In this document: in pieces, positions 11,979 to 23,599 of the stretch
How the letters are laid out: the number at the start of each line of letters is the position of its first letter
Position numbering within the stretch: the stretch's first letter is position 1
Assembly (NCBI RefSeq): GCF_001194135.2
Contig: NC_068983.1
Location: forward strand, 74,159,186-74,199,436
DNA length: 40,251 nt
Direction of reading: 5' to 3'
Source: Octopus bimaculoides
Taxonomy: Eukaryota
Notes under the pieces: generated by a model
What the model saw: only the letters and a program-made list of their open reading frames with translations
Told to the model about the DNA's origin: nothing
Database searches by the model: none
Program-made: the position numbers and the translations under genes

Positions 11979-12685
11979 GTACGCACATATATACAGTTTT
12001 GACTGCAGGAAAATCGGGAGTTTGAGCTTGAGAAACGAAATGGATATGAGATGTGACAGTCATCGTTCGTTTCATAAGAAGATTAAAGACACAACAGAAA
12101 TGAAAATAGCTTCAATTATCAATGGGAAAAAAAAAGAACCGTTGGTTGTCTTGAATACTTATATTTTGGTGGAAAATAACAGACAGCGTTGTATATGCTT
12201 TTCTGATTGAAATCATAGATGGAAATGCAGTAAACAGCTATCCACTTGCAACCGATTGAGGCTCTAGGATTATTTGAAGCTTACAGTACGCGCATAGCTT
12301 AATATTTTTTTAAAAAGTTTTTCATTTAAATGAAGATTAACGTTTCTAGATATCTATACTATTACATACGTCAACAGACTTTTAAGTAAGAGCCTTATTT
12401 ACATAGTTTCCACTTTAAGATTCTTATTTTGAATCCAGTTTGGATCTATGCGCACATTCAGAGGGAAAATAATCGGAGCTCAAAATGTAGTGTGTCTATA
12501 CATACATACATGCATGCATACATACATATACACATACGTGCATGCATGCATGCATGCACGCATATAAGATATGAGAAAAATGTAGCTGATGGAATTACAT
12601 TTATTCCATGGTATTACAATTTCAACTTCGTATGGGTAACAAATCAAACATATATGTATATAAACATAGATGAGAACTATGATCC

Positions 12686-12759
<74 letters not shown>

Positions 12760-12926
12760 ATGTCCATAATGAAATGTATATTACATATAATCTCCACGGA
12801 AGTAAACATTTTGGATCTTCTGTGTTTGAAACCTGTTACCACTGGAGAAATTCTCCTTCATGCAATTTGAGATAGACTCCCACGCGTGAGAGTTGCTTGA
12901 GATAGACGCCTGGATTCTCTGATCCA

Positions 12927-12974
<48 letters not shown>

Positions 12975-13012
12975 CATGCACACACGTGTGTGNNNNNNNN
13001 NNCACATGCACA

Positions 13013-13061
<49 letters not shown>

Positions 13062-13074
13062 CGTGTCTGTGTCG

Positions 13075-13325
13075 AGGCATGTGGTTTTCTGGTTAGTGCG
13101 TTGCACTCATGTTTGTAAAATTATGGTTTCGAATCTTGGACCGGACGATGTGTTGTGTTCTTGAGTCGAGCAAGACATTTCATTTCATGTTACTCCAGTT
13201 CGCTCAGCTGGCAAAAGTTAATAATCCTGCGACGGACTGGCGTCCCATCCAGCGGGGAACATATACACCACAGAATTCAAGAAACTGGCCTTATAAGCTT
13301 AGGACTCGGGAAGGACCTTTGAGCC
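13075..13325 (+). mobile_element. tRNA-derived SINE family C (V-domain-like body)
   Basis: ggcatgtggttttctggttag...ggtttcgaatcttggacc...gagcaagacatttcatttcatgttactccagttcgctcagctgg...ctgcgacggactggcgtcccatccagcggggaa. A degenerate inverse copy lies near 26460-26630. Confidence 0.6.
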
Positions 13326-13344
13326 TTTTTTGATGTATATATGT

Positions 13345-13555
13345 ATGTGTGTGCATTTGTGTTTGTTCTCTACCACCGTTTGACAGTCGGTGTTTGTTTT
13401 CATCTCCTTGAATTTGTGGTTCGGTAAAAAAAAAATAAAGAAAGAAAGAAAAAGACTTATAAATAAGTCAAAGGGTTGATTCGTTTAACTAAAACCCTCT
13501 AATACGGTACCCCATTGGACCGCAGTTCAATCACTGAAAGAATTAAATAATAACT
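13345..13555 (+). mobile_element. SINE family B, 3' half, degenerate
   Basis: ttgacagtcggtgtttg...ggttcggtaaaa...aataagtc...ggaccgcagttcaatcactgaaa is homologous to 4560-4740. Confidence 0.6.
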
Positions 13556-16500
13556 GATGCATCGCTGCAGAGCATTAAAACTCTCAAGTTTTCCAAACAT
13601 TCTAACATTTTGTGACTCGTAATACATATGTGGTCCAACGTGGGGCACAAGTGCATCACGACGCAGTGGTTGTGCTTTACAACATTAGCTACACTTCTCT
13701 CGAAGGTTGAAATCAGTAAGTTTCTTAGTCATCCTGGGTATACCACCGTAAGGTCATTATTTCTGTCTTGAAATAAACATTGTTGTTGTTGTTTAGCTAC
13801 AGGTGTTCCTTGATTGAGTCGACCTATAATTAAAGGTGTTACAACAACTCTCAATGATTAAATTGTCTTTTTATTTCCTTTTTAAACGGTAGGGTGTGAT
13901 TTGGCTACTACTTCTAACATGTCGACGTAGCTTCAACCTATTTTCTTAATTTTATCACAGATCGAGTTTAAGGGCTGGTTTCAAATCCCTGTTGTGGCTA
14001 TTACATTTTACATTACAAACACATGTACTGAGGAAACATCTATGCATTGATTGCTTGACCTGGGAGAAACAGAAGTTAACAACCCCTCAAATCATCTGCT
14101 GCCATGATATAAGCTAATTAGAAGCATTAGATAATCAAGTACTAGGTACCCTTTAAACGACAGGATTTTTTCAGTTGGAAGTATTGATAGTCGGTATGTT
14201 CGATCAAGGTTGATCTGGGGCTAAATAACAATGAACTAATTTTCGTTCATTAGTTAATTAGATTAATTATCTACTGATTATATGCTGATTTCGAATTACC
14301 AAGAAGAGAATGTAATATTTCAAGTTTAACTCTTTACTTGCGTATGAAACAAATAGTTGATTTCAAAATTCCATTCAATTCTTCCGGCTTTAAATTAGTG
14401 TAACTTTGGTAATTGTTAAGTTTTTTTCTCACACCACCTTTGACTATTTATTTCCGTAAGCGCTCTCAGTATTACAGTCTTCATTGGTCATGAAAATTAA
14501 CCAGGATCTACATTAGAAATAGAAACTGAAGTAATTTTAACATCATATCAACTTGAAATGCCGGAAGGAAATTTTTAGCGAAGCAAAAGCACTCTTTCTT
14601 CAATAGCAAACACGACATGATATCAGAAATATAATTAACTCCTACATTTCTTCAATCCCTTACATTTGTTCCTTTGCTTTACCTATTTTTCCTTATTGTA
14701 CTTCATTAGAGTTTACCTGAGCAGGTGATAAACATTTTAGCTTAACGAAATTTAATTAGATTCGAATGTGAAATAACATCTGAATTTCTTTTATATCTAA
14801 CCTTCACGCTGCCGTTGTTGTTTAACCATCAGATCAGCTTTCATCAACTAGATCCACGATCAAAAGCCTTCCAGCCATGAGCATCACATCTTCTTATCAA
14901 CGATGTATTGGGTTTATATTATCCAAAAGATTATACAGTGATATCTGGTTCCTTAACCTTCATGAAGATCATAGTAAATGTAGGAATGAGACAATGGAGC
15001 CCTATATCACAAGGTTAGAATATTTCATCAAAAGTAATGCTTTAACTTCTTTTAGTAATAAGGTAAATTTGCAAGCTCATAAGAAGGCAAACATCATAAA
15101 TAGTTACTTTTACATATTCAAAAGTATGCAACTGATATTAAATTACTGTTTCAGACTTAAGGTTTTTTTACGTGTATTTTAAGAGTTTTCAGTTGATGTT
15201 GAAATTTTGCCGGCGATTGACGGGTTCATCAACCGCGCAACTTTTGGGAAAATGTTAGTGTGTTTTAAAAAAAGAGTTCAACAGAGTGTCTTGCTCCCAA
15301 AAGCTATGGAAAATTGGAAATTATTTGGAATGTTTGTGCCTTAAATGGTTCTACAAACATCGAATAATTATGTTTCGTGCTAATACGTATATTTCACTGA
15401 AGTTAAAGTGAACACGTATCATTTTAGGGAAAATTAAACTGTATAATTGCTGAAAAGTATAATGTGGGATGAACCTTGAGTAGTTTTTATTTGAAGTTCA
15501 TGGAATTTTCGATTAGTTGCCTTCTAGATTTCGTCAGAATGAAAGCACTAGATTTAACTGCATAAAAAATGGCAATAGGATTGAGTTAGTTGCTACCGCA
15601 CTCCCACAGAAATTCTATTTCCGTTCTTCGCTCTTTCTATCTACAGTGAACTCTGACCGTCAGAGCTGGCTGCTCTATTGCCACTAAAGAACTTCCCACT
15701 AATTTGCTTCTTTTCTCGCTATTCATATCGATCTACCTCCACCCACCTTGCACAAACGACTCTGTCAATTCCTCTATCCCCAGAACATTGCTCTTCTAGA
15801 ATTTTTACCTGGCCATGTTTTTTCTACAGAAATGAAATTGCAACTAAAAAAGAATCACATTAATTACATCAATCTTACTGGTCATTTAGGGTCTATGAGA
15901 CCATGGACACAGTCACCTCCTACTGAGTAGAATGAAAAATATTTAAAATTCTTTTACAACGTATTTGATTATAAAACGATACGATACTAACTATTTTACT
16001 GCGCTGTTAAAAGTACTGTGAAATAGAAGACAGATCTTCGAGCAGATTAAAACAAAAAATCAAACCAGATTTGAAAATAGAAAATTAACTAATATATCAT
16101 AGTTGATTTATTAGTAGAAATACCTCTCAGGTGAAGCGATAGCCTCTAAGAACACAAAGCATGAGTTCGGAATCCGTGAAAGTCGATGTACTGTGATTTT
16201 AGGAATTTCACTTGAATCTAATTATTATCAAAGAGAACGTTTTCAAAAATATAGATTCATATCTGTTTAGAAATTGTTGCTGGGTAATTAGGTACCAACA
16301 TGAAACGGTTTAAATCTAATTAAGAAGTCATTATAATAACTTTTTTTAATCGTTTCTATGATTTGGGTCTTTGATGATGATTATGCTTTGTGTAGGCTGA
16401 CCTCAAACTTAATCAACCGTTTTCCAAATAAAATGTTAATGATTAATAGGTATTTGCTTTTCAGTTAAATATCATAAAGTCATTTTTAATTACGAATGAA

Positions 16501-17569
16501 TGATAGTTTCTTTTACCTTTTCTTTCGTTATTTTTCAAAAGCTAATGGACAAAATCATATATCACAGTAATGAGTTTCTTTCGATGGTCCTTTACATCTA
16601 AAAACTCGCTTCTAAGATACCTTTCTTTTATGAACAGAGTTATATCATTTGATTTTTAAACTTTGGCAACACTGAATATTATTTGAAGAATTTCTGTCAG
16701 CAAGCCAGTCTACATAATTATTGTATAACGTATAAATATTACTCTCTTTAATCAACCATTAATTATCATTGAAAAATTCTTGATATTTGCACGAAGAGAT
16801 GAACAACAGATCCAAAGAACATACTATCAGTTTGCCCCTAGCAATTTGTCTGACTTGGATCTGTGTTATTTGATCTTCACACTTACTACCAAAAGTAGAC
16901 TCTTGACACAATCCGCCACACCATCATTTAGCCCTGCATTTGCCAGTCCTCATTGACAGGAACATCAGGTTGGGTCTCAGCGTAACAGCCAATAATTTGT
17001 TTTAACTTTTAAAGACCCTTATTATAGTGCAATAAGTGCGTAAAGTTATGCCTAATCCTCTTTTTCAATTTCGATGAAAACAAAAGCAAAGCGATTATGT
17101 TTAAACATTAGAATCAGATCATGGACTCAGTCAAAGTTGAGTAAACAACCACATAACGTAATCCTACAACTCAAAAAGTATAGTGCTTCAGTTTTGAGCT
17201 AAGTTTGATAACCCTGTAAAGGTGTATCATTTCATATAAGGTAAATCTTGTACTGGTGCGATTGTAGGATAGCTAACTGAATTCTTCAACTGCATACTTA
17301 AGCAAACTTTCGGCGAGCTAAATGCATACAACCTGTTTATAGATTGCATTTTTGGAAGCTCTTAGAAAATTGTGAAGGGTAGAAACCTATAAATTTGATA
17401 CATCCTACAGTTTTACTGATTGTTAATCATAACCAAAACAGATCATGCTTTAAAATTCTATGGAGAGTAAAATGGCTACGAGTAATATATTTGCGGAGAG
17501 TTTTAGAAATCTGACAGAGGAATCTGAAAGCAACTTGAACTAATCTGAACTAAAATTCTTATATTTCAG

Positions 17570-17681
17570 GCATTTGTATTTGGTTGGAATGCTGAGGTTG
17601 TATTGAAAAGAAACTTAAATCATAACATCTCCGCTGGTATAGGCTTGTGTATTGCAATTATCATTGCTGGACAGGTTTCAG
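17570..17681 (+). CDS. Aquaglyceroporin (AQP3/7/9/10-like) internal exon equivalent to AQP3 exon 2 (end of TM1, loop A, TM2)
   Basis: Acceptor tttcag|G, donor G|gtaaga. 112 nt, phase 0 to 1. Translates AFVFGWNAEVVLKRNLNHNISAGIGLCIAIIIAGQVS(G), which aligns to AQP3 MFGCGSVAQVVLSR...[21 protein letters not shown]. Confidence 0.93.
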
Positions 17682-17919
17682 GTAAGATAATTCCTGAATT
17701 ATATTGTCAATATTGGTAGCACTGGGGAACAAATGAAAAAACAAAAAAAAAATATTCATGCCTCAGGTTTTAGACCTGATTTTAGGTATAGTCAGTCCTC
17801 CGAAAAAGAATATGTCCTTCATTTCTTCCTAGCAGCTGTACTTTTTGAGATAATGTACAGCTGCCCACACATAAATCTGGGATAGGCCGCCGGCAAGATT
17901 ATTATAGCATCAGATATAG

Positions 17920-18680
17920 TTTGCAATGTATATGACAAATACTTGAATAAGCATTTAAGGGACAGAGAAAATCCGTTTCTGATTTTGTGACAATACATAC
18001 TTAAGCTATTTCGAAATAAAATTAGGGGACCAAGATAAGACATGGGCTCCACACATTGTCTGTAAAACTTGTATTGAGCACCTTCGGCAGTGGACAAATG
18101 GTCTGGAATTTGGTATACCTATGGCGTTGAGAGAACAACGGAATCACAGTGAAGATTGTTATTTTTGTGTGGTTAACATGAAAGGCATTAATGGACCTAA
18201 TCGGAGTGAATGGATGTATCCTGACTTAGACTCGGCAAAACACTTGTTGTACACTCAAACGAAATACCAGTCCCATCATTCATTAATCTATCTAGAAGGG
18301 CTGCATGAAGAAGATGAATCCTGTTCTTCACCTGTAAACAGTAGTCATGATGCCAGTAATTTTCAAGGAACCTCATCAGTGGCACAAGTTTTTAATTAAC
18401 CGGAGCTCAATGACCTCGTTAGGAAGCTAAATCTCTTAAAGAAATATGCTGAATTGTTGGCGTCTAGACTAGCAGAGAAGAGTTTATTGCATCCGGAAAC
18501 CAAAGTTACATACTATCGCAATAGAGAAAGATTTTTAGCCGTTCTTCTCGGGGGAAAGTGATTTTCATTTTTACAATCAATGTTCAAGGCTTGCTGGGGA
18601 AAATGGGCATATCACAATATCTACCAAGCAAAAGGCGGCTGTTCATAGACAGTGTTATGCAAAGCTTGTGCCTAGAGGAG
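17920..18680 (+). mobile_element. Decayed DNA transposon with an N-terminal Cys-rich domain (type usually catalogued as TcMar-ISRm11-like), in aquaporin intron
   Basis: Frameshifted translation YLSYFEIKLGDQDKTWAPHIVCKTCIEHLRQWTNG..FGIPMALREQRNHSEDCYFCVVNMKGIN...YPDLDSA, and RRLFIDS near 18630. These match the motifs LGDQDKxWAPH, PMxWRExxNHxxDCYFC and WRLFIDS. The superfamily label comes from memory and is less certain than the TE call. Confidence 0.7.
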
Positions 18681-18748
18681 AGAAGAATACTGTAGAATTA
18701 ACAGTGCTTGCTCATATAACTACTTTTAATATTCTACCATTCCTCCCA

Positions 18749-18915
18749 GGTGGCGAGCTGGCGGAATCACTAGCACGCCAGACAAAAATTCTTAGCGGTA
18801 ATTTGTGCGTCCATTTGTTCTGAGTTCAAATTCTACCGATGGCAACTTTACCTTTCATCTTTTCGGAGGTCGACTTTTCACATGAAATTGCTGACCTTGT
18901 TCTGGAATCAATGTT
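18749..18915 (+). mobile_element. SINE family A
   Basis: ggtggcgagctggcggaatc (A box)...gttctgagttcaaattc (B box)...ctttcatcttttcggaggtcga. Confidence 0.75.
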
Positions 18916-19475
18916 CTAATAATTTTTGACTGAAATAATCAGATAAACCCACCAAAATTCATGATGTGACAATTTATATTTTCCCAAGATCTGTTTGATG
19001 TATACGAAGTTTCAAAGCTGCAATAACAGCATTAATTGGATTCCTTGTGACAGTTGAAAAATAGTTCGGTAACACAGTTAAGCCTATAGTCAGTCCTCCA
19101 GTCGGATTTTCACTCTTGAAAAGAACAATAATTTGTCTCTGAAAGTCTGATAGCTGTTTCCTTCCAAAGCTTTCTTCCATGATGTGGGGTTCCCGCAGAA
19201 GCTAATGGCGGTCAATGCTTGTTATGATTACGCGCTCATTCGACAACAGAAACAACGAATTAGAAACCACCAATCACACAGTTTATTGATGATCCAATTA
19301 ATGCTTGTTAGTTTTGCCTTCAAATTATCCGCTTGTCTAGCGACCACCCTACATGACAGTGTCTTCTGCTCCAGAACAGAAAATCGAAGTGTTACAAGGC
19401 AATGTGACACACTGATCAAATTCTTCCCGTTATCATGTTAAATATTTCACAATACTTCGTTCAATGTATTTGCAG

Positions 19476-19613
19476 GTGGACACATGAATCCAGTTGTTAC
19501 TTTGAGCTTTTGTCTGATGGGAAAAACCAAATTTAAGAAGCTTCTACCCTACACTCTAGCACAGACGCTGGGAGCTTTCATTGTTGCCTCACTGCAATAC
19601 GGAATACTTTATG
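19476..19613 (+). CDS. Aquaglyceroporin exon equivalent to AQP3 exon 3 (loop B with first NPA box as NPV, TM3)
   Basis: Acceptor ttgcag|GT, donor G|gtaaga. 138 nt, phase 1 to 1. Translates GGHMNPVVTLSFCLMGKTKFKKLLPYTLAQTLGAFIVASLQYGILY, with the MIP signature SGxHxNPxVT and AQxLGAF. Confidence 0.96.
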
Positions 19614-19889
19614 GTAAGAAAAAAAAATATATATGTATATATAAAATAAAAATGGATGTGTGTGTGTGTGTGTCTGCCTATAGGAAGAAAAATTACAGCG
19701 TGAATATAAAATCTAAAAGCTAATTCTTTGAAATTTCACGGCAAAGGCAATGGAAGTAGTTCTGAGTCTCTAGCGGCCCTCTGAATGGAGCTACTAGCCA
19801 TTTTCCAATATGTACAAAATTGCATTTCAAAAATAAATGAAGGATCTAAGGGATATATTCTTTATCGGATTAACATACCACTTTTTTAT

Positions 19890-20720
19890 AGGTGGCAGTT
19901 CAAAGCCGCGGCCATGCTGGGGCACCGCCGTTTTGCTACACTGTTATTATTGGAATTTGGTGAATAAGGGAGTTTGATGTCACGGCCCTCATTTGCGCCT
20001 CATACCACGGGTAAGGTTCATCTGGAACTCTCGGCAGGAAGAAATCCAGTTTTGTTTTGAAAACACCTACATCAACTTTGTGTAGGTCCCTCAGGCTCTT
20101 TGGGAGAATATTAAAAACAGTGGGACCTTAAAATCCTGGCTGTTGTAGCAACTGGTCTTGAAGCGCGACGGCATTGTTGGGATGTTTGGCATTGTGCACT
20201 GTGCAGTGGCAACCCGTTCTGGCATTCGTATAGCTTTCAATGCCAAAATTTAGCACAAGCCCTTCCAGGATCTTCCAAGTGTATATTACTGCATATCTCT
20301 CCTGCCTTCGCTCCAGGGAGTCTTAGCTGTTTCAGCCTTTCCCAGTAGCTGAGCTGTTGCAAAGAGACAATCTTCTTTGTGAAGCTTCGCTGGATTGCTT
20401 CAAGCTCAGCTGTTAATTTTACACTGTTGGATAACCATAGTTGGGAGCAGTAATCTAGGCGGCTGAGGACAAATGTCCTCCAGAGGAGCATCATGGTTAC
20501 CTTGTCTCTAGTTTTGAAGGTTCTCAGAATCCAGCCAGCCAGCCGTCTGCACTTTGTCGCCATCTTGGTAATGTGCAATTGGAAAGAGGTATCATCACTC
20601 ATGTCGATACCTAGGTCACGCACTGATTTAGGTTCTGGGATTGTAATTGCCCCTGGGCCAGTGTACCCTGTAAGTTTTTCGTGTACCCTGTAAGTTTTTC
20701 GTGTACCCTGTAAGTTTTTC
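19890..20720 (-). mobile_element. CR1/L2-superfamily LINE, 5'-truncated 3' fragment
   Basis: Minus-strand ORF VRDLGIDMS...GWILRTFKTRD...LSRLDYCSQLW...EAIQRSFTKKI..LQQLSYWERLKQLRL, then frameshifted FNILPKSLRDL...FKTKLDFFLPRVPDEP...RAVTSNSLIHQ, then a short 3' UTR. Confidence 0.88.
20661..20720 (+). repeat. Exact 3 x 20-bp tandem repeat (GTGTACCCTGTAAGTTTTTC) at the LINE 5' truncation
   Basis: Three identical units directly visible. Confidence 0.97.
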
Positions 20721-20792
20721 TTCATGTATACAAATCCACGTACAACCCCCCCCCCCAAAAAAAAACAAAAGCATCAAATGGAACAGTCACAT
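20718..20792 (+). repeat. 75-bp direct repeat, second copy at 22472-22548
   Basis: ttcttcatgtatacaaatccacgtacaac(C)n(A)ncaaaagcatcaaatggaacagtcacat. The copies differ only in homopolymer length. Confidence 0.95.
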
Positions 20793-20924
20793 TTCATCTG
20801 TAAATTACGTCCAACTCCTGCTGCAGGCGTGCAACATCGCTAGGATTTTGTATTTTCTGCAAGCCTTTCGTATCGTCCGCTGTGTCTAGGGAGAGGCATT
20901 GTACCAATATATGATTTAGATGAA

Positions 20925-21137
20925 GGCGGCGAGGTGGCAGAATCGTTAGCACGCTGGACGAAATGCTTAGCGGTATTTCGCCCGTCGCTACGTTTTGAGT
21001 TCAAATTCCGCCGAGGTCTACTTTGCCTTTCATCCTTTCGGGGTCGATGAAATAAGTACCAGTTACGCACTGGGGTCGATGTAATCGACTTATCCCCTCC
21101 CCCAGTATTTCAAGTCTTGTACCTATATTAGAAAGAA
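20925..21137 (+). mobile_element. tRNA-derived SINE family A, full length and well preserved
   Basis: A box TGGCAGAATCG (20935-20945), B box GAGTTCAAATTCC (20997-21009). Body gcctttcatcctttcggggtcgat...aagtaccagtt...ggggtcgatgtaatcgactt, A-rich tail. Confidence 0.85.
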
Positions 21138-21213
21138 ATATATGATTTAGACATACAAAAGAGGACATTCGTGACCTACGGTTCACATAATTAATCTTTT
21201 GTATTAAAGACAT

Positions 21214-21407
21214 GAGCTGTGAGATTTTGGGAGAAAGGACAAGTCGATTACACCGACCCCAGTGTTTCACTAGTACTTAATTTATCGAACCCCGAAAGGA
21301 TGAAAGCAAAGTCTGCCTCGGCGGAATTTGAACTTAGAACGTAAGGACGGAAGAATTGCCTCTAAGAATTTTTCCCGGTGTGCTAACGTTTCTGCCAGCA
21401 CACCGCC
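21214..21407 (-). mobile_element. SINE family A, full length, inverted relative to 20925-21137
   Basis: Reverse complement begins ggcggtgtgctggcagaaacgttagcacaccggg...gttctaagttcaaattccgccgagg. The 13-bp direct repeat tcacataattaat at 21183-21195 and 21416-21428 may be its target-site duplication. Confidence 0.85.
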
Positions 21408-22257
21408 TTTATGGGTCACATAATTAATAAAAACAAAAAATGAGCTCAGAAAGAAATACACTTCACAGAAGCCAGTGCCATGAATTTGGACTACAAAGAC
21501 GAATAAGGGTTACATTGACGAAATATGATATTATTTGTAAACAATTTGACGGAGAAATATATCAACAAATTCATTGTGGAGATTCGAACTACACATGTTT
21601 TGAATTACAATTTACAAAATAATCCATATCTAACTTGATAAAGAGAGGGAGAGAGAGAGAGAGAGATAGATAGAGAGAGAGAGAGAGAAAGATAGAGAGA
21701 GAGGAGGAGAGAGAGGGGGAGAGAGAGGGGGAGAGAGATCAGCTTCATGTAGGGTAAATGTTAGGAAAAAGCAATACACCAAGTGAAACAAACGAGTGTG
21801 TGGAATCAAAGAATCCGGTGTATCATAAAAAATAAACTCAAATCAAATGATTCCACACTAAATCCTGCTGATGAAAGAGTTCTAAAGGAAATTGCTGATT
21901 AAATAGATATACGGCACACTGATAGGAATGACAATTAATACCCAAGAAATAGTAAATCTGTAAACAGCAACAAATTTTTTTTTCTTTCTGTCGGAGCACA
22001 CTAAATTATATCAAAGCTAACAACCATTACATACATTTGTTAATAGCAAAAACATAAATGTATCTCTACTAAGAGTCGTTTCATCAAGACAGAAAAAAAA
22101 ATCTTATACAAATGTTATAAATGAAGTGCAGTTATTTACTATCCCATCTAATAAAAGTTGATGTTGAAATGTATCGACATAGGCGAAACATTAATGGTTC
22201 TCTATACGCACATACACACAAACCCATTATGTATACACAAAGACACACGTTCACACG

Positions 22258-22372
<115 letters not shown>

Positions 22373-22679
22373 GTTGGTGTGTGCGTGTGTTTTCACCCAA
22401 ATGGGAAATATGGCTCTCAGCAGACAACCAATGAGTAAATACGACAACTGAAGCTAAATAAATGTTATGTCTTCTTCATGTATACAAATCCACGTACAAC
22501 CCCCCCCCCCAAAAAAAAAAACAAAAGCATCAAATGGAACAGTCACATCAAAACCTGAGAGATGTCTAAATAGTAATATTTATTTATCTCTCTCTCTCTA
22601 TATATATATATATACATATATATATAAAAACAAATAGTAAATGAGTATATGCATATATACGTACAGGTATGTGCGTACC

Positions 22680-23186
22680 GACATCCACCTGTATGTATAG
22701 GTGCATATCTGGGTACAGGACATTGCAAACAAAACGTACACGAGAAAATACACAAGCCACATAGGAAACATTCTACTTCATCAGCTACCCCCGTTTTAAC
22801 ACCGGCGTTTCGAAGAGCTGGGCAGACAAGACAGGAAAACAAACAGAAAAGGCTTTACGGCCAGACGAGAAAAATTATGTGTGTATGAACGCTGTGAGGC
22901 ACGAACTTGAAAGGGACGAAGTAGTTCGCGTGTTTGCTCGGCGATAGCCAAGGAAGAAAAGGATCATTGACCGGAAGCATGTGACCATGCCGGTGTAAGG
23001 GGAAGAGAGAGAGAGAGAGTGGTAGAGGGAGAAACAAAGGGAGGAAGTAGAAGAATAGGTGAGCAACGAGAGGAAAAGAGAAAGAGAGGAAGTACGAGGG
23101 GAAAAAAGAGATACGTAGAAGTAACAGAGGAAGAACGAGAGGGGTAAAGCGAGATACGTAGTAGTAAAGAGGAAGAACGAGAGGGG

Positions 23187-23190
<4 letters not shown>
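22680..23190 (-). repeat. Inverted copy of the 1-760 repeat family with a purine-rich tail
   Basis: See the 1-760 feature. Confidence 0.6.
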
Positions 23191-23219
<29 letters not shown>

Positions 23220-23599
23220 TGGACGTCATAAAGATAACAATCCATTTGAATAACAAAGTTGAAGCAGAATCGTTCTAAATATGTATTCATAAGAAATCAA
23301 GAACTGCAAGAACACTTGAATGCCGGAGAAAAATCATCATACCGCTTTTTAGTCCCTAAACAAGGAGATAAAATGAAAATTAGTCACGTTAAAATTGAAA
23401 TATATAACATGTTTGCCGTTTAGGTTAAGTTTTCTGCAATGTAGCAGATTCCATATATATTGAAGGAGAATAGTGAAATATGTAAACATATAACTAAGCA
23501 TTTGACCGTGTGTAACATGTGAATCTCAGCTAAACTGCCTGCACATTTGTTCCATCCATCTGTTGTCTTTTAGATGGGAGCTTCTTGTCAGAACATACC

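Noticed and set aside
16570-16660. MSFFRWSFTSKNSLLRYLSFMNR as candidate exon 1 (also checked 14995-15063, 15780-15830, 17472-17543 and 1640-1730)
   Set aside because: None has both the TM1 ExxGT-like segment and a phase-0 GT donor at the right distance.
17787-19099. 15-bp direct repeat tatagtcagtcctcc (17787-17801, 19085-19099) as a target-site duplication of the DNA transposon remnant
   Set aside because: Too long for a Tc1/mariner-type TSD, and weak similarity continues beyond it, so two diverged copies of one repeat is more likely.
18974-19180. Minus-strand ORF with LTIGLTV...TRNPINAV resembling aquaporin TM5/loop E
   Set aside because: No NPA, no supporting exons or splice sites on that strand; likely a chance resemblance in repeat-derived DNA.
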